A program made the position numbers and the translations under genes. A model generated the notes under the pieces. That model did not search any database. It saw only the letters and a program-made list of their open reading frames with translations, and had not been told where the DNA came from. Below, piece by piece: positions 47,097-58,309 of a stretch of DNA of 64,000 nt. Source of the DNA: Bacillales bacterium UBA4045 (GTDB lineage Bacteria > Bacillota > Bacilli > Paenibacillales > UBA4045); the NCBI GenBank assembly GCA_002383695.1, contig DFZX01000090.1, positions 13,139 through 77,138 on the forward strand, written 5' to 3'. Each line of letters begins with the position of its first letter. Within the stretch, counting starts at the first letter, position 1.

Positions 47097-49886
47097 ATGA
47101 CTGCCAAAGAGTGGTACCAGAATGATGTGAATGCCGTCTGTGCGCTACAGAAAACTAGTCTAACTGAAGGACTACAGGAAAATGATGCAGAAGCAAGATT
47201 AGCCGAGCAGGGAAAGAATGAATTACAGGAAGCTGAACGTAAATCGCCGATCATTCAATTTTTGAATCAATTCAAGGATTTTATGGTGCTGGTGCTTGTA
47301 GGAGCGACGTTGATCTCAGGGTTGCTAGGTGAATATCTGGATGCAATTACGATTGTCGCTATCATTATTATGAATGCCATTCTGGGATTCACACAAGAAT
47401 ATCGTGCGGAGCGTTCGTTAAGAGCGTTAAAGCAATTAACATCTCCGATGGCGAACGTGATCCGAGGTGGAGAAGCTCAGCATATACCCGCGAGTTTATT
47501 AGTTCCTGGTGATGTGGTTTTATTGGAGAGCGGTGACCGAATTCCAGCTGATCTCAGATTCACAGAGGCGAACAGCTTATATGTAGAGGAGTCGGCTTTA
47601 ACTGGTGAATCGCTACCTGTCAATAAGCATAATCGAGAAATTCAGGCGGATAGCACAGCACTTGGAGATCAGAAAAATATTGGATTTATGGGTACAATGG
47701 TGACTAGAGGTACGGCAAGAGGAATCGTAGTTCGTACAGGAATGGACACGGAGATGGGCAAGATTGCTCATCTTATTCAAAGCACGGAATCTGGGGAGAC
47801 ACCTCTCCAGCATCGATTAGAGCAGCTAGGGAAAATTCTCATAGGAGTAGCTATAGCATTAACGATTGTCGTCGTATTAGCGGGAATTATTCATGGTCAG
47901 CCTGCTTATGGCATGTTCCTTGCCGGTGTTAGTTTAGCAGTTGCAGCCATTCCCGAGGGATTACCTGCTATTGTAACGATTGCTCTTGCCATGGGTGTCC
48001 AGCGAATGATTAAACGACGTGCCATCGTAAGGAAGCTGCCTTCCGTAGAGACATTGGGCTGCGCATCTGTCATCTGCTCTGATAAGACAGGGACGTTAAC
48101 TCAGAACAAGATGACGGTCACTCACATGTGGGTGGATGGTAAGCTCATAGAGGTTACAGGTACAGGTTATGATCCATTCGGTGAAATGAAATATGAGGGT
48201 AAATCAATCGATCCGAAAAAAAATCTTTCCTTGGAGCGATTATTATCCACTGCGATATTGTGTAATAATGCAGCACTAGTCGAAGCAGAGCCGGATACGA
48301 ATAAGAAAAAATCATCCAAAACGGTAGAACAACCAGTTTGGATGATTAAAGGAGATCCTACTGAAGGAGCCTTAATGGTTCTGGGGGCAAAAGCAGGGAT
48401 AACATCTAAATCCATGGCTACCTACTATCATCGAGAGCTGGAGTTTCCATTTGAATCTGAACGTAAACGGATGTCGGTCGTGGTGAAGCATCAAGGTAGT
48501 CGAATGGTATTCGCTAAGGGAGCGCCAGATGAATTGTTACACCACTGCTCCCATATTCTGTGGGAGGGCAAGGTTATTCCCTTGACGAATACGCTTCGCC
48601 AGCGGGCATTATCAGCGAATGAAGGTATGGCAAAATCAGCATTACGTGTTATAGGTATGGCATATCGTGTCTTAAGACCTCATGACTCAGTAGCTGAGGC
48701 AGCAGATGTAGAGAAACAGCTTGTATTCGTTGGTTTAACGGGAATGATGGATCCTCCGCGACATGAGGTGCGTTCAGCTATTCAGTTATGTCGCAAAGCT
48801 GGAATCAAGACGGTGATGATCACTGGAGATCATCAATCAACAGCCGAGGCTATTGCGGAGAAGCTAGGCATACTGCAGAAGGGTGGTCTATCTGTAACAG
48901 GGCGTCAGCTTACAGCGATGTCAGATGAGGAGCTCAATCATATTATTAATGACGTTTATGTTTATGCCAGGGTATCGCCTGAACACAAGCTTCGTATTGT
49001 TAAAGCGTTGAAAGCGAATGGTCATGTTGTTGCTATGACAGGTGATGGTGTGAATGATGCACCTGCGATCAAAGCAGCGGATATCGGCATTGCGATGGGT
49101 ATTACAGGAACAGATGTTACCAAGGAAGCCTCTTCATTAATACTAAGTGATGATAACTTTTCAACTATTGTTGCTGCAATTGAAGAGGGACGAGGCATCT
49201 ACGAGAACATCCGAAAATTTATTCGTTATTTGCTAGCATCTAATGTTGGAGAAATACTTACAATGTTCATTGCTATGTTAATGGGCATGCCATTACCGCT
49301 TGTTCCCATACAAATTCTGTGGGTTAACCTTGTGACGGATGGTTTGCCGGCTATGGCACTTGGAGTCGACCAACCAGAGAAGGATTTAATGCAGCATCGT
49401 CCAAGATCTGCTAGAGAGAACATATTCGCGCGTCGCTTAGGCTGGAAGATTATAAGCCGTGGTATACTCATTGGGCTAAGTACACTGGCTGCATTCTGGA
49501 TTAGTCTCCAATATAATCCGCTAGAAGCAGATAACCTGGTTCGCGCACAGACTGTCGCTTTTGCAACACTTGTTATGGCTCAGCTGATTCACGTATTTGA
49601 TTGTCGCAGCTCTCGCTCGATCTTTCACCGTAATCCATTCCAGAATCGTTATTTAGTCTTAGCGGTATTCTCCTCCGTGCTATTGCTCTTAGGTGTTGTC
49701 TATATCGATGCGTTGCAACCTATATTCAAAACTGTTGAGCTTGGTATAAGTGAGTGGTTAATCGTACTCATTGCTGCGGCTATCCCAACCTTCTTCTTCG
49801 GAATAGGCAGCCTGGTGAAGGGGAAAGGTGGAGTGTCTAAGAATAAACGTTACTCAGGAAGAAAGTCATATGATTCGGCAGCATAA
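47097..49886 (+). CDS. yloB: calcium-translocating P-type ATPase (YloB, SERCA-like)
   Basis: Start MTAKEWYQ after GGAGGAG. Motifs [19 protein letters not shown] and [11 protein letters not shown]. Confidence 0.9.
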   Translation: MTAKEWYQNDVNAVCALQKTSLTEGLQENDAEARLAEQGKNELQEAERKSPIIQFLNQFKDFMVLVLVGATLISGLLGEYLDAITIVAIIIMNAILGFTQEYRAERSLRALKQLTSPMANVIRGGEAQHIPASLLVPGDVVLLESGDRIPADLRFTEANSLYVEESALTGESLPVNKHNREIQADSTALGDQKNIGFMGTMVTRGTARGIVVRTGMDTEMGKIAHLIQSTESGETPLQHRLEQLGKILIGVAIALTIVVVLAGIIHGQPAYGMFLAGVSLAVAAIPEGLPAIVTIALAMGVQRMIKRRAIVRKLPSVETLGCASVICSDKTGTLTQNKMTVTHMWVDGKLIEVTGTGYDPFGEMKYEGKSIDPKKNLSLERLLSTAILCNNAALVEAEPDTNKKKSSKTVEQPVWMIKGDPTEGALMVLGAKAGITSKSMATYYHRELEFPFESERKRMSVVVKHQGSRMVFAKGAPDELLHHCSHILWEGKVIPLTNTLRQRALSANEGMAKSALRVIGMAYRVLRPHDSVAEAADVEKQLVFVGLTGMMDPPRHEVRSAIQLCRKAGIKTVMITGDHQSTAEAIAEKLGILQKGGLSVTGRQLTAMSDEELNHIINDVYVYARVSPEHKLRIVKALKANGHVVAMTGDGVNDAPAIKAADIGIAMGITGTDVTKEASSLILSDDNFSTIVAAIEEGRGIYENIRKFIRYLLASNVGEILTMFIAMLMGMPLPLVPIQILWVNLVTDGLPAMALGVDQPEKDLMQHRPRSARENIFARRLGWKIISRGILIGLSTLAAFWISLQYNPLEADNLVRAQTVAFATLVMAQLIHVFDCRSSRSIFHRNPFQNRYLVLAVFSSVLLLLGVVYIDALQPIFKTVELGISEWLIVLIAAAIPTFFFGIGSLVKGKGGVSKNKRYSGRKSYDSAA

Positions 49887-50023
49887 GAACAGTACAATAG
49901 TATCGTAAGCATAACATCAATAGCATAATTCGACTTTTCATGGCTATGCATGTGTATCTAATTGCGGTATGATATAGGATAGTATAGATACTGGCATAGT
50001 TGCTGGAAGGGTGAATACTAGCT

Positions 50024-50860
50024 ATGATTTTTACAAAGATGAATGGATTAGGTAATGATTTTATTGTATTAGCAACTGAAGCTAGTTTGCCTGATAATGC
50101 TGCTGAGCTTGCAATTCAGTATTGTAATCGGTACTTTGGTATTGGCGCAGACGGTCTTGTGTACATACTACCTTCTGTGAATGCTGATTTTATGATGCGT
50201 ATTATTAACTCTGATGGCTCAGAGTCAGAGCAATGTGGGAATGCAATTCGATGTGTGGCCAAATATGTATTCGATAGAAGATTAACAAGCAAGACGGAGC
50301 TATCGATCGAAACGATTGGAGCGGGTGCTCAGAACGTTCAATTGACACTGAATAAAGCGGGTAAGGTAGCATCCGTACGTGTTGATATGGGGCGACCTAC
50401 CCTAGAAGGCTTAAAGGTGCCGACAACCGTTGATCAGAATCCAGTTATTCGTTATCCCATTGAAGTGGACGGTCGAACATTCGAATTCACAGCAGTGTCC
50501 ATGGGTAATCCTCACTGTGTCATCTATGTGGATGATGCCGTGAATATGGATTTGCAGCACTGGGGCCCAAAGCTTGAGAATCATCCGATGTTTCCCCGCC
50601 GAATTAATGTTGAATTCGCAACGGTGAAATCTCGTGATTATGTAGATATGCGTGTATGGGAGCGAGGAGCGGGTCCAACCCTAGCTTGCGGCACCGGTGC
50701 GTGTGCTACGCTAGTCTCTTCCGTCTTGAATGGACTAACAGACCGTACTGCAATAATTTCATTAAAGGGTGGAGAGCTTCATATCGAGTGGAACGAGTCC
50801 GATGATCATATTTATATGACAGGTCCAGCTACCGAAGTATTCACAGGTTCCATGCTATGA
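50024..50860 (+). CDS. dapF: diaminopimelate epimerase
   Basis: FTKMNGLGNDFIV, NSDGSESEQCGNAIRC and ACGTGACA catalytic Cys motifs. Confidence 0.92.
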   Translation: MIFTKMNGLGNDFIVLATEASLPDNAAELAIQYCNRYFGIGADGLVYILPSVNADFMMRIINSDGSESEQCGNAIRCVAKYVFDRRLTSKTELSIETIGAGAQNVQLTLNKAGKVASVRVDMGRPTLEGLKVPTTVDQNPVIRYPIEVDGRTFEFTAVSMGNPHCVIYVDDAVNMDLQHWGPKLENHPMFPRRINVEFATVKSRDYVDMRVWERGAGPTLACGTGACATLVSSVLNGLTDRTAIISLKGGELHIEWNESDDHIYMTGPATEVFTGSML

Positions 50861-52710
50861 AATTAGATTTACGCGAGAAATTAAGCAGCAGCATACTTGT
50901 CGGAGATGGTGCAATGGGTACATACCTGTACCAGATTGGATTCCCCGTTGGTATTTCCTATGAGGAGCTTAATTTGTCTCAACCAGAAATTATTGAGCGA
51001 GTTCATCGTGAGTACTATGAAGCGGGCGCCCGATTTATCGAGACCAATACGTATTCTGCCAATCGAGAGCGTCTATCTAAATTTGGATTAGAAGCTGAGG
51101 TTGAACAGATTAATCGTGCTGGTGTTGAAATTGCCCGTCGAGCTGTAGGAAGAGATGCTTATGTGATCGGATCTGTTGGATCCATACGTGCGGGTAAACG
51201 GAAGAATATACGGACCTCACAGATTGAAGCTGATTTTGTACAGCAAATTGAAGTGTTAACTGGCTCGGATGTCGACGGGATTTTACTCGAAACCTTCTAT
51301 GATCTGGATGAAATTTTACTTGCCTTACAAATCACTCGTAAATTTAGTAGTTTACCGGTCATTTGTCAGCTTGCCATGGAAGATGTCGGAAGAACCTCTG
51401 ATGGCATCTTAGTGTCTGAAGCATTCGAGCAGCTGATTGCAGCAGGCGCGGATGTTGTTGGTTTTAATTGTCGGACGGGTCCAAATGGAATTATGCGCGT
51501 ATTAGAGAAAACAAGTGTGCCCGGACAATTCCCGATCTCCGTATTTCCGAATGCGGGAATCCCTGATTATGTTGATGGACGTTATCAGTATGTTTCTACA
51601 CCAGCTTATTTCGCAGAGAGTGCTATGCGCTTTGCGGATTTAGGTGCTCGTGTTATTGGTGGCTGCTGTGGCACAACACCTGCGCATATTAAAGCAATGG
51701 CAGAGGCGCTTAAACACTATACGCCTAGCGTTTCTGGTGAAGTGCGGGATATACGCGTTACAATTTCTGAACCTACTCACAGTCCAGCTGTTAAGCAGCC
51801 GGAAAGTGATGAGCTATCTATTATTGAGCTTGTGAAAAAACGTCATACAGTGATTGTGGAGCTAGATCCACCACGAGATTTAGATATAACTAAGTTTATG
51901 ACAGGCGCTTCAGCTCTAAAGGCAGCTCATGCAGATGCGATTACAATGGCAGACAATTCACTTGCGGTAACGCGGATGAGTAACTTAGCTTTAGGTACAC
52001 TGATCAAAGATAAGCTGGGCATTCGTCCATTGATTCATATCGCTTGCCGTGACCGTAATCTGATTGGAACTCAATCTCACTTAATGGGCTTGGACGCACT
52101 TGGTATTGACCATGTACTAGCTGTTACCGGTGATCCAGCGAAGTTTGGTGATTTACCTGGATCAAGCTCTGTATATGATTTAACCTCATTCGAGATCATC
52201 CGCATGATCAAACAATTGAATGAGGGGACTGCATTCTCAGGTAAGCCTTTGAAGCAGAAAGCCAAATTCATTGTAGGAGCAGCGTTTAATCCGAATGTAA
52301 AGCATCTGGATAAAGCCATTTTGAGACTTGAACGGAAGCTAAAGGCTGGTGCTGACTATATTATGACTCAGCCCGTATACGATCCGATGATCATGGAACG
52401 CGTTCATGAGATGACTAAGCATCTAGATGTTCCGATATTTATCGGTATTATGCCACTGGCCACTGGTCGGAATGCGGAGTATCTACACAATGAAGTTCCG
52501 GGTATCCAGCTTTCAGAGGAGGTTCGTAACAGAATGAGTGGATTAGAGAAAGAAGAGGGTCGTCAGATGGGCATTCAAATCGCTAAGGAGCTTCTGGACG
52601 TGGCCATGCCGCTCTTTAACGGAATATATCTAATTACACCTTTCTTAAACTATGAAATGTCTGTGGATTTAACAAACTATGTCTGGGAAAAGGCGCCGTT
52701 TCATTCATGA
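50857..52710 (+). CDS. yitJ: bifunctional homocysteine S-methyltransferase / 5,10-methylenetetrahydrofolate reductase (YitJ-like)
   Basis: 617 aa. N-terminal Hcy-methyltransferase domain (GDGAMGT, GGCCGTTP) and C-terminal MTHFR domain. ATGA overlap with dapF. Confidence 0.85.
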   Translation: MKLDLREKLSSSILVGDGAMGTYLYQIGFPVGISYEELNLSQPEIIERVHREYYEAGARFIETNTYSANRERLSKFGLEAEVEQINRAGVEIARRAVGRDAYVIGSVGSIRAGKRKNIRTSQIEADFVQQIEVLTGSDVDGILLETFYDLDEILLALQITRKFSSLPVICQLAMEDVGRTSDGILVSEAFEQLIAAGADVVGFNCRTGPNGIMRVLEKTSVPGQFPISVFPNAGIPDYVDGRYQYVSTPAYFAESAMRFADLGARVIGGCCGTTPAHIKAMAEALKHYTPSVSGEVRDIRVTISEPTHSPAVKQPESDELSIIELVKKRHTVIVELDPPRDLDITKFMTGASALKAAHADAITMADNSLAVTRMSNLALGTLIKDKLGIRPLIHIACRDRNLIGTQSHLMGLDALGIDHVLAVTGDPAKFGDLPGSSSVYDLTSFEIIRMIKQLNEGTAFSGKPLKQKAKFIVGAAFNPNVKHLDKAILRLERKLKAGADYIMTQPVYDPMIMERVHEMTKHLDVPIFIGIMPLATGRNAEYLHNEVPGIQLSEEVRNRMSGLEKEEGRQMGIQIAKELLDVAMPLFNGIYLITPFLNYEMSVDLTNYVWEKAPFHS

Positions 52711-52904
52711 TTTTCGACAGTAGATCACCTTTAATAGCTATGTGCTTTCCCGATACAGGATCACTTCTAATCAAACGAACTTGATCATTACGACGGATTA
52801 ATTTCCTTGGCACTTGTACCCATATTCAAAATGGATTAAAATAAGGTAATGGTTTAGTGAGATTTAACTCGTTAGAGTTTAATTAGTCTGGAGGAAATGG
52901 TAGA

Positions 52905-53165
52905 ATGGCAATTAAACTTATTAACATCGGGTTTGGCAATATCGTCTCGGCGAATAGAATTATCTCGATTGTTAGCCCAGAATCTGCGCCGATTAAACGT
53001 ATTATTCAAGAAGCTAGAGACAGGCATATGCTCATTGATGCAACATATGGAAGAAGAACGCGTGCCGTCATTATCACAGATAGTGATCATGTCATATTGT
53101 CTGCAGTTCAACCGGAAACAGTAGCTCATCGTTTATCCAACAAGGATGACGATCAAGACGAATAA
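52905..53165 (+). CDS. remA: extracellular matrix/biofilm regulator RemA (DUF370)
   Basis: [40 protein letters not shown] is near-identical in pattern to Bacillus RemA. Confidence 0.92.
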   Translation: MAIKLINIGFGNIVSANRIISIVSPESAPIKRIIQEARDRHMLIDATYGRRTRAVIITDSDHVILSAVQPETVAHRLSNKDDDQDE

Positions 53166-53177
53166 CATGTGAGGGTA

Positions 53178-53789
53178 ATGATGAGTAAAGGACTATTGAT
53201 TGTGTTATCAGGACCCTCGGGTGTTGGCAAAGGAACAGTGTGCTCGGCTTTGCGTAATTGCAATCCCGATATCGTATATTCGGTTTCTGCCACAACAAGA
53301 ACACCACGAGAAGGTGAACAGAACGGCTTTAATTATTTCTATAAATCTCAAGACCAATTCCGCCAGATGATTGAAGAGGATGATCTACTGGAATGGGCAG
53401 AATATGTCGGTAATTATTATGGAACGCCTCGTAGCTTCGTTAATGAGACCATCCTTAATGGCAAGGATATTATTCTGGAAATTGAGGTTCAGGGAGCGCT
53501 GCAGGTTAAGGAGCGATTTCCTGAGGGTGTGTTCATATTCCTACTCCCACCTTCATTAGAGGAATTGAAATATCGCATAACAAATCGTGGTACGGAATCA
53601 GAGGACACGATACGTGAGCGCATGAATGTAGCTATCGAGGAGTTAAAGCTGTTAGAGCAATACGATTACGCAGTTGTTAATGATGAGATTAGCTCAGCAT
53701 GTGGTAGAATACAAGCTATAATTACTGCGGAGCATTCTAAGAAAGAGCGAATGCTACCCCAAGTACAAAAATGGATCGCGGAGGTGTAA
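53178..53789 (+). CDS. gmk: guanylate kinase
   Basis: LIVLSGPSGVGKGT P-loop, SATTRTPREGE. Start could be 53178 or 53181. Confidence 0.92.
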   Translation: MMSKGLLIVLSGPSGVGKGTVCSALRNCNPDIVYSVSATTRTPREGEQNGFNYFYKSQDQFRQMIEEDDLLEWAEYVGNYYGTPRSFVNETILNGKDIILEIEVQGALQVKERFPEGVFIFLLPPSLEELKYRITNRGTESEDTIRERMNVAIEELKLLEQYDYAVVNDEISSACGRIQAIITAEHSKKERMLPQVQKWIAEV

Positions 53790-53793
53790 GATT

Positions 53794-53991
53794 ATGTTGT
53801 ACCCATCAATCGATAAGTTGTTAGAGCAAGTAGACAGCAAATATACACTAGTGGTCGCTGCTTCAAGAAGAGCAAGAATGCTAAGAGACGGCAGTAAGAC
53901 GGATATGCATGCACCTAAATCTCACAAGTATGTTGGTGTAGCATTAGAAGAAATTTATAAAGAGCATGTCGTATACGAACGTTTAGAATAG
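53794..53991 (+). CDS. rpoZ: DNA-directed RNA polymerase subunit omega
   Basis: MLYPSIDKLLEQVDSKYTLVVAASRRARML. 65 aa. Confidence 0.92.
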   Translation: MLYPSIDKLLEQVDSKYTLVVAASRRARMLRDGSKTDMHAPKSHKYVGVALEEIYKEHVVYERLE

Positions 53992-54030
53992 AATGGCGTA
54001 GCATCTAAAAACTATCATTTATAAGCATCT

Positions 54031-54056
54031 AGGGTGAACCGAAAGGTTCACCCTTC
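54031..54056 (+). terminator. hairpin (possible weak terminator/attenuator) after rpoZ
   Basis: agggtgaacc gaaa ggttcaccct perfect 10-bp stem with a GAAA loop. The T-tract is poor. Confidence 0.45.
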
Positions 54057-54083
54057 CTTGTAACTTATGGGAAAGGGGTCTGT

Positions 54084-55307
54084 TTGAATATGAAGGGGAA
54101 GACAGTTATTCTAGGTGTTACTGGTGGGATCGCCGCGTATAAAGCAGTGACTTTGTGTAGTAAGCTTGCTCAAGCAGGAGTGGATGTGCGAGTAATTATG
54201 ACGAGATCAGCTACTCAATTCGTCCAGCCGCTCACATTTCAAACCTTATCTCGTCATCATGTTGCCATAGATACCTTCGATGAGCGAGATCCATCAAGTG
54301 TACATCATATCGATTTAGCAGATACAGCTGACCTCATCGTAATTGCTCCAGCTACTGCAAATGTGATCGGGAAGCTAGCAAACGGCATTGCAGATGACAT
54401 GCTTACGACAACGGTATTAGCCTCATTAGCTCCTGTTTTTATTGCTCCTGCGATGAATGTTCATATGTACGAGCATCCAGCTGTACAGCACAATCTTACA
54501 ATCCTTCAACAACGTGGTGTTCATTCCATTGATCCGGGTGAAGGTCAGCTAGCTTGTGGTTATGTTGGTAAGGGGCGGATGGCAGAGCCAGAGCAGCTAT
54601 TCGAGAGGATCGCACATTTATTATCTAATCATCATAAACCTTTAGAAGGTAAACGTGTGCTTATAACCGCTGGAGGAACGATTGAACGAATCGATCCAGT
54701 TCGATATCTGACGAATGATTCATCTGGAAAGATGGGCTATGCATTCGCTGAGGCTGCTAAGTTATTAGGCGCAGAGGTCATACTAGTTACAGGTAGAACT
54801 ACGTTGAAACCACCAGTAGGTATGGATGTCATACACGTTGAATCAGCACAAGATATGCTTAAAGCTGTATTAGCGCGATTCGACCAGAGTGATATCGTAA
54901 TTAAAGCAGCAGCAGTAGCTGATTATAGACCTGAATCGATCATTACTAATAAGCTAAAGAAGATTGAAGACAGAATAGAGCTAAAATTAGTTAAGAATCC
55001 TGATATTCTACAATTGCTCGGTGAGCGTAAAACCACACAGTTCATTGTGGGATTTGCTGCTGAGACTGAACATTTAGAGCAATATGCTATGGATAAGTTA
55101 AGACGCAAGCATTGTGATCTACTCGTTGCGAACAATGTGACATTACCAGGTGCAGGCTTTGGTACGGATACGAATATCGTTACCTTGTTCGATGAGCAGG
55201 GTGTAATTGAGTCGCTTCCCATTATGGACAAGCGTCAGGTGGCCCGGCATGTGATGGAGTTAATCGCTAAGCGGATAGCTCATCATCAGACCGGCAAATT
55301 GGAGTAG
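54084..55307 (+). CDS. coaBC: bifunctional phosphopantothenoylcysteine decarboxylase / synthetase
   Basis: GVTGGIAAYKA flavoprotein motif, PAMN, and the C-terminal DFP domain. Confidence 0.92.
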   Translation: MNMKGKTVILGVTGGIAAYKAVTLCSKLAQAGVDVRVIMTRSATQFVQPLTFQTLSRHHVAIDTFDERDPSSVHHIDLADTADLIVIAPATANVIGKLANGIADDMLTTTVLASLAPVFIAPAMNVHMYEHPAVQHNLTILQQRGVHSIDPGEGQLACGYVGKGRMAEPEQLFERIAHLLSNHHKPLEGKRVLITAGGTIERIDPVRYLTNDSSGKMGYAFAEAAKLLGAEVILVTGRTTLKPPVGMDVIHVESAQDMLKAVLARFDQSDIVIKAAAVADYRPESIITNKLKKIEDRIELKLVKNPDILQLLGERKTTQFIVGFAAETEHLEQYAMDKLRRKHCDLLVANNVTLPGAGFGTDTNIVTLFDEQGVIESLPIMDKRQVARHVMELIAKRIAHHQTGKLE

Positions 55308-55314
55308 ACTGCTT

Positions 55315-57807
55315 ATGATAGCTAAAGTAATCGTAGATGTACCAGCAAAACAGACGAATCGTGCTTTCGACTATGGTGTGCCACCCGAGTGGGAGTCATG
55401 GATCGAGGTAGGTAGTCGAGTTGGCGTTCCCTTTGGTCCTAGAATTATCCAGGGCTTTGTTGTTGCTTTACAGGAATTTAGTGATGTAGACCCTAAGAAG
55501 CTCAGAATGATTTCTCAGATGCTAGATCTTGTCCCGCCATTAACACCCGAGCTTGTAGAGCTGTCTGGGTGGATGAGTAGTAAGTATATGTGCCATGAGA
55601 TTACTGCACTCCAAGCCATGATTCCGGGTGCTCTTAAAGCCAAGTATGAGCGTATACTATCAGTAGTCACACCTGAATATAGGCATTCCGAGTTATCTTC
55701 AGATGAGCTTGTGATCATGGAGTATGTTGTACAGAAGGGACAAATCGAATTTGCTGCTCTGTCTGATTATTTTCAAGGCAATGAGCTTAATATTAAGGGT
55801 TTAATCCGACGTGGTCTAATAAGTGAAAGACAAACCGTCAAGGATCGTATGCAGCCGAAGAAACGACAAACAGTATTCCCTCCAAGTGATTTAGGAGCAA
55901 TTGCTAGTTATATGGAACAGATTCCAGCACGCTCCAAACGACAGAAGGATGTGCTTGCATTCTTCGATTTAAATCCACAGCCCATTCCAATGGCGGAGCT
56001 AACGGAAAGGCTTCAGATTAGCTCTGGAACAGTCAAATCGTTGGCTGAGAAGGGTTGGATTACGATCAGTGATGTCGAGATGATGAGGGATCCATATGAA
56101 GGAAAGTCATTTGCTCGCACACAGCCCCTCATACTCACCGAGGAACAGCAGCAGGTTTATGAGCCTATTGTTGCTTCCTTAGAATCCTTAGAAAGACAAA
56201 TATATTTGTTACATGGTGTGACGGGTAGTGGGAAGACAGAGATATATCTTCAATCTATTCAACGATGTCTGGAGCTTGGGAGGGACGCTATTGTTCTTGT
56301 TCCAGAAATCGCTCTAACTCCACAAATGGTAGATCGCTTTAAGGGTCGGTTCGGTGACCTGGTTGCTGTGTTGCATAGTCGGCTATCTCAAGGGGAGCGT
56401 TATGATGAATGGCGCAAAATACAACGTAAGCAGGTTCGAGTAGTTATTGGTGCTCGTTCTGCGGTGTTCGCGCCGCTTACGGAAATTGGTTTAATTATCA
56501 TTGATGAAGAGCATGAATCCTCCTATAAGCAAGAAGAAAGTCCGAAGTATCATGCTAGGGATGTAGCTGCTGAGAGAGCTTTATATCATGGGGCTGTTGT
56601 GATTCTTGGATCGGCAACACCATCTATAGAAACCTATTATCATGCAAAGCAAGAGGATGAACAAACGTTATTACTCACGATGGCATATCGGGTGGAGGGT
56701 CGTCCACTACCGGCTGTTGAGATCGTAGATATGCGCGAGGAGCTGAAGAACGGTAATCGATCCATGTTCAGTCAACAGCTATTTAATGGCATTGTACAAC
56801 GCCTTGAACGTAAGGAGCAGATGGTCTTACTGTTAAATCGACGTGGTTATGCAACATTCGTGCTCTGTCGCTCCTGTGGATATACGGCTGCATGTCCGCA
56901 TTGTGAGATTAAATTAACCTATCACCAGAGAGCAGAGATGCTTCGCTGTCATTATTGTGGCTATGCAGAAAAGCAGCAGACCATCTGTCCGACCTGTGGA
57001 AGTGAGCATATTCGTCACTTTGGAACGGGTACGCAGAAGGTGGAAGAAGAGCTATTGAAGCAGTTTCCCGGCATACGTGTTATCCGAATGGATGTGGACA
57101 CCACGAATGAGAAGGGTGCTCATGAGAAATGGTTGAGTATGTTCCGAGATCGTCAGGCTGATGTTCTACTCGGTACCCAGATGGTTGCCAAAGGTTTGGA
57201 TTTTCCCGATGTAACCCTTGTGGGGGTTATTGCGGCTGATTCTGTGCTCAATCTTCCTGATTTCCGTTCTGTAGAGAAGACTTTTCAGCTTCTGACTCAG
57301 GTGGCAGGGAGAGCAGGTAGGCATCAGCTCCCTGGTGAGGTGTTTATCCAGACGTATAACCCTGACCATTACAGTATGTTAAATGCGAAGCAGCATGATT
57401 ATCGAGCATTCTACAACACTGAGATTCACTATCGAGAGCAGCTGGCTTATCCACCTTACAGTTATCTCATCTTAATCACACTCGCTCATGAGCTGATCCC
57501 TATATTGGTGCAAGCCGGAGAGGCGATCGCTAGATCCTTACGTGGAAATTGGCATTCCTGGGCGCTAATAAATCATATGGACACGACAATAAATCGTCTT
57601 TCAAAGCAATATATGGAAGTATTAGGCCCGGTTTCTTCGCCAATTGCTCGTTTAAAGGATAGATATCGTTATCAGTGCGTGGTAAAATATCGAGGAGAGC
57701 TTCCAATAGAAGAGTGGCTTAGGAAAGCAATGGCTTCCGTATCTGAGCAAGTCGATAAAGATAAAATGTTAATTAGTATTGACGTAGATCCACAATCATT
57801 AATGTAA
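55315..57807 (+). CDS. priA: primosomal replication restart helicase PriA
   Basis: 830 aa, GVTGSGKTE Walker A, DEEH, and the Cys-rich zinc region CRSCGY..CPHC..CHYCG..CPTCGS. Confidence 0.93.
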   Translation: MIAKVIVDVPAKQTNRAFDYGVPPEWESWIEVGSRVGVPFGPRIIQGFVVALQEFSDVDPKKLRMISQMLDLVPPLTPELVELSGWMSSKYMCHEITALQAMIPGALKAKYERILSVVTPEYRHSELSSDELVIMEYVVQKGQIEFAALSDYFQGNELNIKGLIRRGLISERQTVKDRMQPKKRQTVFPPSDLGAIASYMEQIPARSKRQKDVLAFFDLNPQPIPMAELTERLQISSGTVKSLAEKGWITISDVEMMRDPYEGKSFARTQPLILTEEQQQVYEPIVASLESLERQIYLLHGVTGSGKTEIYLQSIQRCLELGRDAIVLVPEIALTPQMVDRFKGRFGDLVAVLHSRLSQGERYDEWRKIQRKQVRVVIGARSAVFAPLTEIGLIIIDEEHESSYKQEESPKYHARDVAAERALYHGAVVILGSATPSIETYYHAKQEDEQTLLLTMAYRVEGRPLPAVEIVDMREELKNGNRSMFSQQLFNGIVQRLERKEQMVLLLNRRGYATFVLCRSCGYTAACPHCEIKLTYHQRAEMLRCHYCGYAEKQQTICPTCGSEHIRHFGTGTQKVEEELLKQFPGIRVIRMDVDTTNEKGAHEKWLSMFRDRQADVLLGTQMVAKGLDFPDVTLVGVIAADSVLNLPDFRSVEKTFQLLTQVAGRAGRHQLPGEVFIQTYNPDHYSMLNAKQHDYRAFYNTEIHYREQLAYPPYSYLILITLAHELIPILVQAGEAIARSLRGNWHSWALINHMDTTINRLSKQYMEVLGPVSSPIARLKDRYRYQCVVKYRGELPIEEWLRKAMASVSEQVDKDKMLISIDVDPQSLM

Positions 57808-57819
57808 GGGAAGAGGATA

Positions 57820-58305
57820 ATGATGGCTATTCGAATTATAGTGAAGGACCCTGATCAGGTGTTACGTGAAATTGCTAAAGCCGTACCTAAAGTAACTCCT
57901 AATATAATTAAGCTGCTCGATGATATGGCAGATACGATGTATGATGCAGGTGGTGTTGGTTTAGCGGCTCCGCAGGTTGGTATTCAGAAGCGTGTTATTG
58001 TGTTAGACCCTCATGATGGAGAGACAGAGCTTATAGAGGTTATTAATCCAGAGATTGTTCATGCAGATGGAGAGCAGCTTGGTGTCGAAGGCTGCTTAAG
58101 CATTCCTGGCTTGAATGGCGACGTGAATCGCAAGATGAACATAACTGTAAAAGGCTGGGATAGAGCTGGTCAAGAAATTCTGATAGAGGCTAGTGATTAT
58201 CTTGCACGTATTTTTCAACATGAAATTGATCATCTCAATGGTATTCTATTTACAGATATCGCTGAAGCGGTTTATAAAATTCCGCCAGATGAACCAGGAG
58301 AGTGA
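57820..58305 (+). CDS. def: peptide deformylase
   Basis: GVGLAAPQ, EGCLS and QHEIDH motifs. Confidence 0.93.
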   Translation: MMAIRIIVKDPDQVLREIAKAVPKVTPNIIKLLDDMADTMYDAGGVGLAAPQVGIQKRVIVLDPHDGETELIEVINPEIVHADGEQLGVEGCLSIPGLNGDVNRKMNITVKGWDRAGQEILIEASDYLARIFQHEIDHLNGILFTDIAEAVYKIPPDEPGE

Positions 58306-58309
58306 ATTT

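Noticed and set aside
49887-50023. S-box (SAM-I) riboswitch upstream of dapF-yitJ
   Set aside because: None of the conserved S-box sequence blocks and no terminator/antiterminator pair are recognisable in this 137-nt region.
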